In this document: piece after piece, positions 49,771 to 61,879 of the stretch
Layout: the number at the start of each line of letters is the position of its first letter
How positions within the stretch are numbered: position 1 is the first letter of the stretch
Source: Dendrobates tinctorius
Lineage: Eukaryota
DNA: 64,000 nt
Direction: 5' to 3'
Assembly (NCBI RefSeq): GCF_039654945.1
Contig: NW_027361723.1
Location: forward strand, 2,914,001-2,978,000
The notes under the pieces: generated by a model
Database searches by the model: none
Told to the model about the DNA's origin: nothing
What the model saw: the letters and a program-made list of their open reading frames with translations, nothing else
Made by a program: the position numbers and the translations under genes

Positions 49771-50465
49771 TCTAATCCTATCCTGTGTGATACTGTCTGC
49801 TGAGCCGTGTATCTAATCCCATCCTGTGTGATACTGACTGCTGAGCTGTGTATCTAATCCTCTCCTGTGTGATACTGACTGCTGAGCCGTGTATCTAATC
49901 CCATCCTGTGTGATACTGACTGCTGAGCTGTGTATCTAATTCTATCCTGTGTGATACTGACTGCTGAGCCGTGTATCTAATCCTCTCCTGTGTGATACTG
50001 ACTGCTGAGCTGTGTATCTAATCCTCTCCTGTGTGATACTGACTTCTGAGCCGTGTATCTAATCCTCTCCTGTGTGATACTGACTGCTGAGCCGTGTATC
50101 TAATCCTACTGTGTGCTGAGCCGTGCATCTAATCCTCTCCTGTGTGATACTGACTGCTGAGCCGTGTATCTAATCCTCTCCTGCGTGATACTGACCGCTG
50201 AGCTGTGTATCTAATCCTCTCCTGTGTGATACTGACTTCTGAGCCGTGTATCTAATCCTCTCCTGTGTGATACTGACTGCTGAGCCGTGTATCTAATCCT
50301 ACTGTGTGCTGAGCCGTGCATCTAATCCTCTCCTGTGTGATACTGACTGCTGAGCCGTGTATCTAATCCTTTCCTGTGTGATACTGACTGCTGAGCCGTG
50401 TATCTAATCCTCTCTTGCGTGATACTGTCTGCTGAGCCGTGTATCTAATCCTCTCCTGTGTGATA
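49770..50465 (+). repeat. 39-bp minisatellite
   Basis: Same unit as 21645-22222. Confidence 0.95.
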
Positions 50466-50467
50466 AA

Positions 50468-52595
50468 AAAGAGAATTGGAGGGATCCAATGGCTGGATAT
50501 CCTTAAAGACAAAAATGTCCAGGAAGGATGGGAAATCTTGAAAAATGAAATTCTCAAAGCACAATTGTTAACAATTCTGAAAAGAGGGAAGAATAGGAAG
50601 CATTTAAGGAAGCCAGGATGGATGAACACAGAACTTAAGCACATGCTAAAAAGGAAGAAAAAAATGTTTATAAAATGGAAAGAGGGAGGCATATCTAAAG
50701 AAGAATATAATGCTGTCTGCAGAACCTGCAGGGAACAAATCAGATTATCTAAAGCTGACAATGAATTGAGGCTTGCAAGAGATGTCAAAAGCAATAATAA
50801 AGGATTTTGGGGATATGTCAAAAGTAAAAGAAAAGTCAAAGATGCTATAGGATTTTTACAGGATGAAAATGATGAAATGGTAAGACAGGATGTTGAGAAG
50901 GCTGAACTTTTAAATTCCTATTTTGCATCTGTTTTCTCTCAGAAAGGAAATGTAACATCAACTGTTCTTCACTGTCCTATTAAGGGAATAGAAGAATCCA
51001 GGATATCTATAAACAGAAATATAGTGAGGAAACACTTAGCTAACCTAAATGAATTCAAGTCACCAGGTCCAGATGAATTACACCCCTACACCCCAGAGTA
51101 CTGAAGGAGATAGCAGAAGAAATTTCTGAACCCCTCTCCATAATATTTGAAAATTCTTGGAGAACAGGAGAAGTCCCAGAAGACTGGAGAAGAGCAAATG
51201 TTGTTCCTATCTTCAAAAAGGGGAAGAAGGTGGACCCAGGCAACTATAAGCCGGTGAGTCTGACTTCTATACCAGGAAAGATCTTTGAACAAATTATTAA
51301 ACAACATGTATGTCAGTACCTGGATAAGAATGAAGTGATTAAACAGAGTCAGCATGGGTTTGTAACTAATAAGTCATGTCAGACTAACTTAATTTCCTTC
51401 TATGATGGAATCACTGATTGGGTGGATCAAGGAAATGCTGTAGATATAGTATATCTTGACTTCAGCAAAGCATTTGACAAAGTCTCTCATACAATCCTTA
51501 TTGAAAAAATGACTAAGTATGGAATGGACAAGGCAACTGTTAGGTGGATTCATAACTGGCTTAGTGATCGGACCCAAAGAGTGGTCGTAAATGGCTGCAC
51601 ATCCAGTTGGAAGAATGTCTCAAGTGGGGTACCACAGGGCTCTGCCCTGGGCCCTGTATTGTTCAACATCTTTATCAACGATTTAGATGAAGGAATTGAG
51701 GGTAAACTGATTAAATTTGCTGATGACACAAAGCTAGGAGGGATAGCTAATACTAGAGAAGAGAGAGAGAGGATTCCAAAAGCTATAAATAAACTGGAGA
51801 AGTGGGCAGCAACAAACAGAATGGTTTTTAACAGGGAAAAATGCAAAGTACTACATCTGGGCAATAAAAATGAAAAAAGCATATACAGAATAGGAGGAAT
51901 AGGGCTAAGCAACAGCACATGTGAAAAAGACTTGGGCATACTAATAGATCACAGACTGAATATGAGTCAACAGTGTGATGCAGCAGCAAAAAAGGCAAAT
52001 GCAATTCTAGGATGTATTAACAGAAGCATACAGTCTAGATCACGTGAAGTCATTATTTCCCTCTACTCCTCTTTGGTCAGACCTCATCTGGAATATTGTG
52101 TCCAGTTTTGGGCACCACATTTTAAAAATGACATCAACAAACTGGAGCAAGTTCAGAAAAGAGCGACCAGAATGGTGACCGGTCTGCAAACCCTGTCTTA
52201 TGAGGAAAGGTTGTAGGATTTGGGAATGTTTAGTTTGCAAAAGAGAAGACTGAGAGGAGACTTAATAGCTGTCTACAAATATCTAAAGGGCTGTCACATT
52301 GTAGAAGGATCAACTTTATTCTCATTTACACAAGGAAAGACTAGAAGCAATGGGATGAAACTGAATGGGAGGAGACACAGATTAGATATTAGAAAAAACT
52401 TTTTGACAGTTAGAGTGATCAATGAGTGGAACAAGCTGCCACAAGAAGTGGTGAGTTCTCCTTCAATGGAAGTCTTCAAACAGAGGCTGGACAGACATCT
52501 GACTGGGATGATTTAGCGAATCCTGCTTTGAGCAGGGGGTTGGACCAGATGGCCCAGGAGGTCCCTTCCAACTCTACGATTCTATGATTCTATGA
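50468..52595 (+). mobile_element. 5'-truncated CR1 LINE with frameshift (~51085) and stop (52214-52216)
   Basis: ORF pieces 50439-51104, 51230-52216, 52220-52516; ATTCTATG tail; inserted in the minisatellite. Confidence 0.96.
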
Positions 52596-52925
52596 TACTG
52601 ACTGCTGAGCTGTGTATCTAATCCTCTCCTGTGTGATACTGACTGCTGAGCCGTGTATCTAATCCTCTCCTGTGTGATATTGACTGCTCAGCCGTGTATC
52701 TAATCCTCTCCTATGTGATACTGACTGCTGAGCCGTGTATCTAATCCTCTCCTGTGTGATACTGACTGCTGAGCCGTGTATCTAATCCTCTCCTGTGTGA
52801 TACTGACTGCTGAGCCGTGTATCTAATCCTCTCCTGTGTGATACTGACTGCTGAGCCGTGTATCTAATCCTACTGTGTGCTGAGCCGTGCATCTAATCCT
52901 CTCCTGTGTGATACTGACTGCTGAG
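52592..52925 (+). repeat. 39-bp minisatellite (continuation)
   Basis: Same unit. Confidence 0.95.
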
Positions 52926-55589
52926 TAGTGTTGAGCGATACCTTCCGATATAGGGAAATATCGGATCGGACTGATACCCACAAAGTATCGGATATCGCCG
53001 ATTCCGATACCGGAAACCAATGCAAGTCAATGGGACAGAAATATCGGAATTAAAATAAACCCTTTCTTTCCTTGTAGGTTAATTCTACATGAAGGAAAAC
53101 AACTAATAATAATGTAGAATGTATTGGGGGAGGTGGAGGAGACATTAAAGCCATAGAGATTTAGCCCAATCAAATGGAATAGCAGGAATTTTTTTTTTTT
53201 TAGACGTTCAGAGTTACAAAGATATTGACTATGTTAACCTTTTTAATATTTTGTCAGATATGTATGTTTCACTACTTCTATGCTCTTCTCCTTCTTTTTT
53301 ACTTCTCCCACACTTTCTCCTTCATGATCCTCAGCAGCAGCATCTTTTTCATCAACTTCTTCTTCACCTTATTCATCTTCTTTTTCTTCACTTTCTTCCT
53401 ATTATTCTTTTTATGTTACATTCTTCATCTTCTTCCTATTCTTCTTCTTCATCATATTCTTATTTGTGACAGGCATTCCTGTAGTTGTTATCTATAAAAG
53501 TTTGGAGATTACACCAGCCGTTCTGCCTGTCACAAAAGATTTACAACAGGATTTGTCCGCGTTCAGTTCGGCCTGCAGCAGCAGGCATTTTCCAGGGGCA
53601 CCACAAGGAGGAACGGACTCACCCCCATACACTGCTTAATCTTCTTCTGCTTATAATTTAGATAATATCTGTTGCTCTGATTTTTAGTCTTATGCTTAAT
53701 GTTCTTCTGATTTTTGTTCTGCTTTTTGTTCTTCTGCTTCTTGGTCTTCTGTCTCTTGTTGTTCTGTATCTTGGTGGTTGTCTTCATGTTCTTTGTCCTC
53801 TTGGTCATCTTCTTCAGGGTCATCTTTTTGGTCTTGTTTGGGGTGGTCTTCATGGTGGTCGTCTTCAGGGTTGTCATCTTTGGGGTCGTCGTCTTCTTCG
53901 GGGTGGTCATCAGGGTCGTCGTCTTCAGGATCATCGTCTTCGGGGTTTTCCTCTTCTTCGAGGTGGTCTTCAGGGTTGTCGTTTCAGGGTCATCGTCAGG
54001 GAGATCCAGATTGATTACCAAAAACCATTTCAAAAAGCTTGAACTTGGAAATGTAGCAGAAGGTACAAGAAGGCTGAGGAACTGCGGAGAACCAGCTGAC
54101 AGTACTGGAACCCGGATGGGAAGCAGAAGGAACAAGAGCCATTGGCACTACCGAGGACCAGCTGATGGTACTGGAACCCGGTTACTAAGCAGGAGGTACC
54201 TGTGCTAGAAAGCACTACCAAGGACCAGCAGACGTTGCTGGATCTCGGATACTGAAAAGGAGGCACCTAAGCCAAAAGGCACGGCCGAGAACCAGCTGAC
54301 GGTGCTGGAACACGGATGGGTAGCAGAAGCTACAAGAGCCAATGGAACTACCGAGGACCAACTGACGGTGCTGGAACCCGGAGGGGCAGCAGAAGGAACA
54401 AGAGCCAATGGCACTACCGAGGACCAGCTGATGTTACTGGAACCCGGTTACTAAGCAGGAGGTACTTGTGCCAGAAAGCACTAAAAAGGACCAGCAGACG
54501 TTGCTGGAACTTGGATACCGAGAAAGAGGCACCTAAGCTAAAGGCACTGCCGAGAACCAGCTGACGGTACTGGAACCCGGATGGGTAGCAGAAGGTACCC
54601 ATGAAAAACAAAGTTGCAAGGCCTAGAGCCGGCCGCAGTTACCGAAACCCACAGTCCTACAGGGGGTGCTTGTCCTATTGGCACTACGGAACCAGCCTTT
54701 ATTGACAGATCCCGCAGCCCACATAGGAAGCACCTAAACTGCAGGCAACATAGAGTCGGCTAACCCGACCGCAACACGACAGGACAACGTATTAGTGGCA
54801 AAGCGACGTTGACACTACCCGGAAACAGCCGGCGTGCTGGAACCAGGCTTGGTAGGAGAGAGTACCCGTGCCAAAGACACTGCCAGGAACCAGCTGGTGG
54901 TGCTGGAACCCAGGGTAAATACTACAAACAGAGTGGAGACAGAGGCCTAATTAGAGCAAGTTTAAAATCTGTAGTTGTGTGAGTGTGGACAGAGCAGGAG
55001 AAACTGCCGGACACACAGCTGGGGATCAGCTGACATTACAGAACCCCAATAACACTGGAGCATATGTTGACTGTGCAGACGGCACTTCTGAGCAGCAACT
55101 GGTGGTGTTGGAGCCCAGGGTCAATAGTACAAACAGAGTGGAGGCAGAGGCCTATTTGGAGCAAGTTTAAAATCTGTAGTTGTGTGAGTGTGGACAGAGC
55201 AAGAGAAATTGCAGGACACACATCTGGGGATCAGCTGACATTACAGAACCCCAATAACACTGGAGCATATGTTGACTGTGCAGACGGCACTTCTGAGCAG
55301 CTACTGGCGGTGTTGGAGCCCAGGGTTAATACTACAAACATAGTGGAGCCAGAGGCCTAATTGGATCAAGATTAATATCTGTTGTAGACTACTACTGATT
55401 TTAAACTTGCTCCAATTAGGCCTCTGGCTCCACTCTAGTAGGGGAATGTGGACAGAGCAGGAGAAATTGCCGGACACACAGCTGGGGATCAGCTGACGTT
55501 ACATAACCCCAGTAACACAGGAGCAAATGTTGATTGTGCAGATGGCACTTCTGAGCAGCAACTGGTGGTGTTGGAGCCCAGGGTAAATA

Positions 55590-57652
55590 ATATAAGATAA
55601 TCCTTTAATCGTCCCACCATGGGGAAATTCAGAGCATTACAGCAGCAAGGCAGGAACAAGTACAGATACAGATGCATAAAGGCATCACATTGACAGTAGG
55701 TAGGTACATAAACGGAAAAAAAAAAAAAAAAAGATATAACCGGACTATCACAACTTTTGGATCTATCAGTTCACTGTTTGGGTCGTTCTCCGTTTTGGAC
55801 AGTGCTGGTTATACAGCCTAACTGCAGCAGGAAGGAAGGACTTTCGATAGTGCTCCCTCTCACATTTAGGATGAAGTAGCCGTCACTGACAGTACTGCAC
55901 ATCTTTGTCACGGTCTCATGCATGGGATGGGAATCATTCTGCACCATGTAGCTCACCTTGGCCAGTATCCTCCTGTCGCCTACTTCCTGAACTGGATCAA
56001 GGGGGCATCCCAGGACAGAGCTGACCCTTCTAATCAGTTTGTCCAGCCTATTCCTGTCCCTAGTTGATATGCCACTACCCCAGCACGCCACACCAAAGAA
56101 GATGACTGATGCCACAACAGAGTTGAAGAAGGATGCAAGGAGTGCCCCCCCTAACTCCGAAGGCTCTCAGCCTTCTGAGCAGAAAAAGCCTACTTTGGCC
56201 CTTCCTGTACACTGCATCCAAGTGATGGGCCCAGTCAAGCTTATTATTGAGGATGACACCAAGGTACTTATAGGTGTCGACTATCTCAATGTCATTTCCC
56301 TGAATGTTCACCACTACTGGTGGATTTTTTCCCTTGCGAAAGTCCACAACCAATTCCTTGGTCTTCCCGGAATTAATCCTAAGGTGGTTCCTCTGACACC
56401 ACTCCACAAAAGCTTGGTTAGTATCTCTGTACTCTCTTTCATCTCCTCCTGTGATGAGGCCTACTATTGCAGAGTCATCAGAACACTTCTGCAAGTAGCA
56501 GCTAGATGAGTTGCACTTAAAATTCGCAGTGTACAGTGTGAAGAGAAAAGGGGCAAGAACTGTACCTTGAGGTGCCCCTGTATTGCAGATCACCGTGTCT
56601 GACACACTGTCCCGAACCTTTACAAACTGAGGTCGGTTCGTGAGGTAGTTAAGGATCCAGGTGAAGAGTTGGAGGTCCACGCCAACAAGGCCCAGCTTGT
56701 CTCTCAGTAGACCTGGCTGCATGGTATTAAAAGCACTAGAGAAATCAAAGAACATTATTCTCACAGTGTTCCCAGGTTTCTCCAGGTGAGAGAGTCCTAT
56801 CTAGAAGGTGGATAATGGCATCATCCACAGCAATGCCCAGCCTGTAGGCAAACTGGAGAGGGTCCATATCCGAGCTCACTAGAGGACGGAGACGTTTGAG
56901 AACCAATCTCTCTAGTACCTTCATCAGGTATGAAGTCAATGCTACAGGTCTATAGTCATTAAGGTCTTTCGGATAAGGTTTCTTCGGAACTGGTACCACA
57001 CACGAAAATTTCCACAGTTGTGGTACTATACCTATTCTCAGGCTCATATTGAACAGATATGTAATGATCTCACTCAGCTGGTGCCCGCAGGTTTTGATTA
57101 GCCTTGCACTGATGCCGTCAGGACCTGCAGCCTTCAAAACTTTGATCTTATCCAGTTCTTTTGCAACCTGGGTACTTGTGAAGAACAGACCCTGGCTCAA
57201 TTGACAAGTTGCAGCAGGGGGGTGAGGTTATTGTAGCAGAGAGGTGTGAATGAAATGCAGGGGCAGGAGCAGCCAGTGTGTGATTAAATCTGTTAAAGAA
57301 TAGACTAAGTTCATTAAGCCCCTCTTTATCTACAACCATCCTGGTGACAGTCTGTCTATGCCCAGTTATAGACTTTAGACCCTCCCAGACTTCATGAATC
57401 CTTTTCTGTGACAATTTCAGTTCAATCTTTCTCTTATAATTAGCCTTTCCCTGCCTGATTAGATTATTCAGATCTTTCTGCACCTCTCTCAGCCTGCCCT
57501 TGTCACCTGATCTGAAGGCCAACTTCTTCTCTTTGAGAAGAGCCTTTATTCCGGGGCTGATCGATGGTTTATTGTTAGAGAAGCACCTCACTACTTTTGT
57601 GGGTACCGTGTTGTCTACACGGAAATTAATGTAGTCCGTTATACAATGTGTA
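55590..57652 (-). mobile_element. 5'-truncated Rex1/Babar-like LINE, frameshifted
   Basis: FSNNKP, KAAGPDG, DYRPVALTS, DPLQFAYR, FFDFSSAFNT, GAPQGTVLAPFLF, CSDD across 4 ORF pieces; 6-bp TSD TAAATA (55584-55589, 57653-57658). Confidence 0.88.
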
Positions 57653-58116
57653 TAAATACTAGAGACAGAGGCCTAATTGGAGCAAGTTTAAAATCAGTAG
57701 TAGTGTGAATGTGGACAGAGCAGGAGACATTGCCGGACACACAGCAGGGGAGCAGCTGGAGTTACTGAACCCCACTAACACAGGAGCTAGTGTTTTTCTC
57801 TGTGCAGACGGCACTTCTGAGCAGCAACTGGCAGTGTTGGAGCCCAGGGTAAATCAGGGTGTAGGCTGAGGCCTAATTGGAACAAGTTTAATATCTGATG
57901 CAGTGTGAATGTGGAGGGAGCAGGAGATGTTGCCGGACACACAGCAAGGGAGCAGCTGGCGTTACTGAACCCCACTAACACAGGAGCTAGTGTTTTTCTT
58001 TGTGCAGACTGCACTTCTGAGCAGCAAGTGGCGGTGTTGGAGCCCAGGGTCAATCAGTTCAGGTGGTAGAAACATGAACACAACAGGAGACCTGGATACT
58101 TTTGCCAACCAATTAT

Positions 58117-61100
58117 TTAATCTGGAAGAGGACTGGCAAATTCCGGCGCTATCTAGGCCTTGCTCATTTTCAGAAAAGTAACGTTAGTCGCGTGCGACGG
58201 TCTGTTAGTACACCACCTGCGGCACTAAAGACACGTTCCGATAATACACTGGCAGCTGGGCAAGCCAGCACCTCCAATGCATACTGGCTAAGCTCTGGCC
58301 ATGTATCCAGCTTAGAGACCCAAAACTTGAAGGGGGAAGAGCCGTCTGGGAGTACACTGACAGGGCAAGACAAGTAGTCTGTCACCATCTGACGGAAACG
58401 TTGCCTCCTGCTGACTGGAGCCGTCTGTAATGGTGTAGACATTTGTGGCGGACACACAAAACTTTGACACATTTGGGCCATACTGGTCTTGCCTTGTGCT
58501 GAGGCGCTGCCTCTGCTCCCTCTTCGTGCAGAGCTTCCTCCACTGCCTCGACGCACAGAGCTGCTTTGTAAAGCACTAGCAGCACTGCTCTCGGGTGGAA
58601 TGGAGAACATGATGGAATGCACCAGTGTGTCTTGGTATTCCCGCATTTTACGCTCCCGGTTCAACGTTGGTATGAGGGTTTGAAAGTTGTCCCGGTAGCG
58701 AGGATCTAGGAGGGTGTACACCCAATAATCAGCCGCGTTGAGAATGTGGGCGATGCGGCGGTCGTTTCTCAGGCACTGCAGCATGAAATCAACCATGTGC
58801 TGCAGACTCCCAACTACCAAAGAACCGCTGTCCCCTGCTTGAGGCGTGATCTCTGCCTGCTCTGCATCACCCCACCCTCGCTGTACATACTGACTAGAGC
58901 TTTGTGTACCCCCCTCCTGTGGAGAGATGTCTTCCTCCTCCATCGACTCCTCCTCACAAAGTGTCCCCTGCCTAGGCCTTTGTGAGGAAACACGTAGCGC
59001 AGACTGTCCAGAAGCAGATGGCATTTGTGACTCCTCATCCTCCACCTCTTCCAAAACCTCCTCCCTTAGTGCTTGCAGTGTTTTTTGAAGCAGGCAGATA
59101 AGGGGGACAGTCATGCTGACTAGTGCATCATCTGCACTCGCCATCCGCGTGGAATCATCGAAGGCACGCAAAACGAGGCAGATGTCCTTCATAGAGGCCC
59201 ACTCAGTGGTGCTGAAGTGTGACCGGCGCACATTGCGACTTGTTTGCACCTGATGCAGCTGGTACTCCATGACTGCTGCCTGCTGCTCACACAACCGCTC
59301 CAACATATGTAACGTTGAATTCCACCTAGTGGGTAGGTCACATATGATGCGATGTTCCGGAAGGCGTAATCGGCGCTGCAGAGATGCAATGCGCGATCTT
59401 GCCGTGCTGGAACGACGCAAGTGAGCGCACTCTATGCGGACCTTGTGCAGCAGTGCATCAAGATCCGGATAGTCCCTCAGAAAGCTCTGCACGACCAAGT
59501 TGAGCACATGTGCCAGACATGGGATGTGAGTGAGGTTTCTTAGGCCAAGAGCTGCCACCAGATTTCGGCCATTGTCACACACTACCAAGCCCGGCTGGAG
59601 ATTCGCTGGCACAAACCACACGTCGCTCTCCTGCTTGATGGCATTCCAGAGCTCCTGCGCTGTGTGGCTTCGATTCCCCAAAGAAATTAATTTCAGTACG
59701 GCCTGTTGACGTTTGGCCGCGGCTGTGCTCATATCGGTCGTAACAGGCTCCTGCTGCGCTGTTTCAGAGGAACTAGAGTAGGAGGAGGAGTCAATATGAA
59801 CAGACTGGATTCCTGCAATCCGTGGAGTTGGCAGAACACGTAGAATGCCACTCTCCAGATCTGTACCCGGCTCCTCAACATTGACCCAATGGGCAGTGAG
59901 GGAAAGGTATTGTCCCTGTCCATGGTTACTGGTCCACGCATCAGTGGTCAGGTGGACCTTGCTACTGACAGCGTTTAGTAGCGCATGTTTTATGTTTGCC
60001 TCCACATGTTTCTGCAGGGCAGGGACGGCTCGCCTGCTGAAATCAAAGCGGCTGGGCACAGTGTATTGTGGGACTGCCAATGCCATGAAGTCCCGGAAGG
60101 TGTCAGTCTCCACCAGCCTGAATGACAGCATTTCAAGGGCCAGTAGTTTGGCAATGCCAGCATTCAGAGCCTGTGCTCGGGGATGGTTTGCCGAGTATGG
60201 CCACCTTTTCTCCCATGCCTGTGCTACCGACGGCTGCCGAGTGGCCTGGGAGTGTGAGGATGACTTGGAACGTGGTGCTGTGGGTGGAATGTCACAGGGT
60301 CTCCGGACAACAGTGCCAGAGGTTCTTCCTTGGCGATCCTGTGAGTAAGTCAAACCAGCTGTGTGTGAGCTGGAGGAAGAGGCCCCAACACGAGCTGAAG
60401 AGGTGGTAGGTGCTGCTGTACGTTGGCCTACGTCATCAGTGTGTCTATGTAACTCCACCTCGTGCTTGGTCCGCACATGTTTCCACATATTAGTGGTATT
60501 GAGGTTGCTGACAGTTTTCCCTCTTTTGACTCTCTGATGACACAGCTTGCATTTGACAAAGCAAATGTCATCTGCAACTGTGTCAAAAAAGGACCACGCA
60601 CTGCAAGTCTTGGGAGCGCCCGTTATGCCTTTTGAAAGTGGAATGCTCCTAATGGGTGCCGAAGTGGAGGCTACAGGCAACCAAGTCTGCCCCCTCCCTC
60701 TCCCTCCGGTTTTGGCCTTTCGGGGAATCTCTTCCTCAGAGCTGCTCCCACCACCTTCCTGTTCCTCACGCCATGATGGGTCAAGGACCTCATCATCTAC
60801 ACTCCCCTCTTCAAACACCTGCTTCTCCTGGGTTGTCTCGCCAGCACCGTACGCACCAGAAAGTGGTAACTGAGTCTCGTCATCATCTGATGCGTACTGA
60901 GGTGTGCTGACCATAGGCACTGGCCCACCCGCCTCTTCAGATTCAGAGGGACAAAGAAGTTGCGCATCACTGCATACTCCCTCTTCTCATTCTGGAATGC
61001 TGCTTGGCTGGCCCCCTCTTTCCAAACCAACAGATTCCGAGAACAGAAGTAGAGACTGTGATGGCTCCTGTCCAGGGCTCTCTGACTGCCTGGGCACGTT

Positions 61101-61436
61101 GGCAGGTGGTGAAGAGACAGATGGTTGCTCTTTGATGCTTTGGCCCTGAGAGGATGTGGAAGTAATTGAAGTCGATGCGTTAGCTGCCATCCATCCGACA
61201 ACGGCTTCAATTTGTTCCTCCCGTAGCAGTGGGGTACGGCGAGGTCCTACAAAACTGTGCGTAAAGGACTGTTGCCTGGTAAAACTGGGGGATGCTGACT
61301 CACTGGTGCCAGCAGCAGGCACAGAATCCCCACGTCCTCTCCCTGCAGAATCCCCACGTCCTCTCTCTGCAGAATCCCCATGTCCTCTCCCTGCTGAAAC
61401 TCCACGACCACGTGCCTTACTCCCTGCCTTCTTCAT
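58117..61436 (-). pseudogene. hAT-B transposase, nearly intact
   Basis: In-frame TGA at 60987-60989 and a C-terminal deletion/frameshift at ~58180; BED finger and D/D/E motifs retained. Confidence 0.92.
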
Positions 61437-61879
61437 CTTGCTAGACTGAGAAAGATAGGCAGAAAAGTACAAAGGGGGGCCTAAGGCCTCTTTCACACAT
61501 CAGGTTTTCGCCGTTAAGCGCGATCCGGCGCTTTTGACAGAAACCGGATCCGGCGAAATGCAATGCCGGATCCGGTTTCCCCCCCATTGACTTGCATTTG
61601 CGCCGGATCGTGCCGGATGGCCATGCGTTTCATCCGGTTTTCGCCGGATCCGGCAATGTGTCGCGATCCGGCGTCTGGAAAAAACGGCTACTGTAACGTT
61701 TTTTGTCTCCGGCGTAAAAGCCGGACACGCCGGATCCGGCGCGTCCGGCTTTTTCACACAATGAAAGCCTATGTGCGCCGCAATGCCGGATCCGGTTTTT
61801 TGGGTCTGAGCATGCTCAGTAGCTCTGCCCACAAGACATATATAAAAGCAAGACAGTGGGACCCACAGCCACACCCAAC

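Larger units (their letters stand above)
52926..61484 (-). mobile_element. hAT-B copy 2 (right end at 52926; interrupted by a LINE and by Harbinger)
   Basis: Terminus TAGTGTTGAGCGATACC with CCGATA subterminal motifs, internal repeats shared with 16385-19965, transposase at 58117-61436. Confidence 0.88.
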
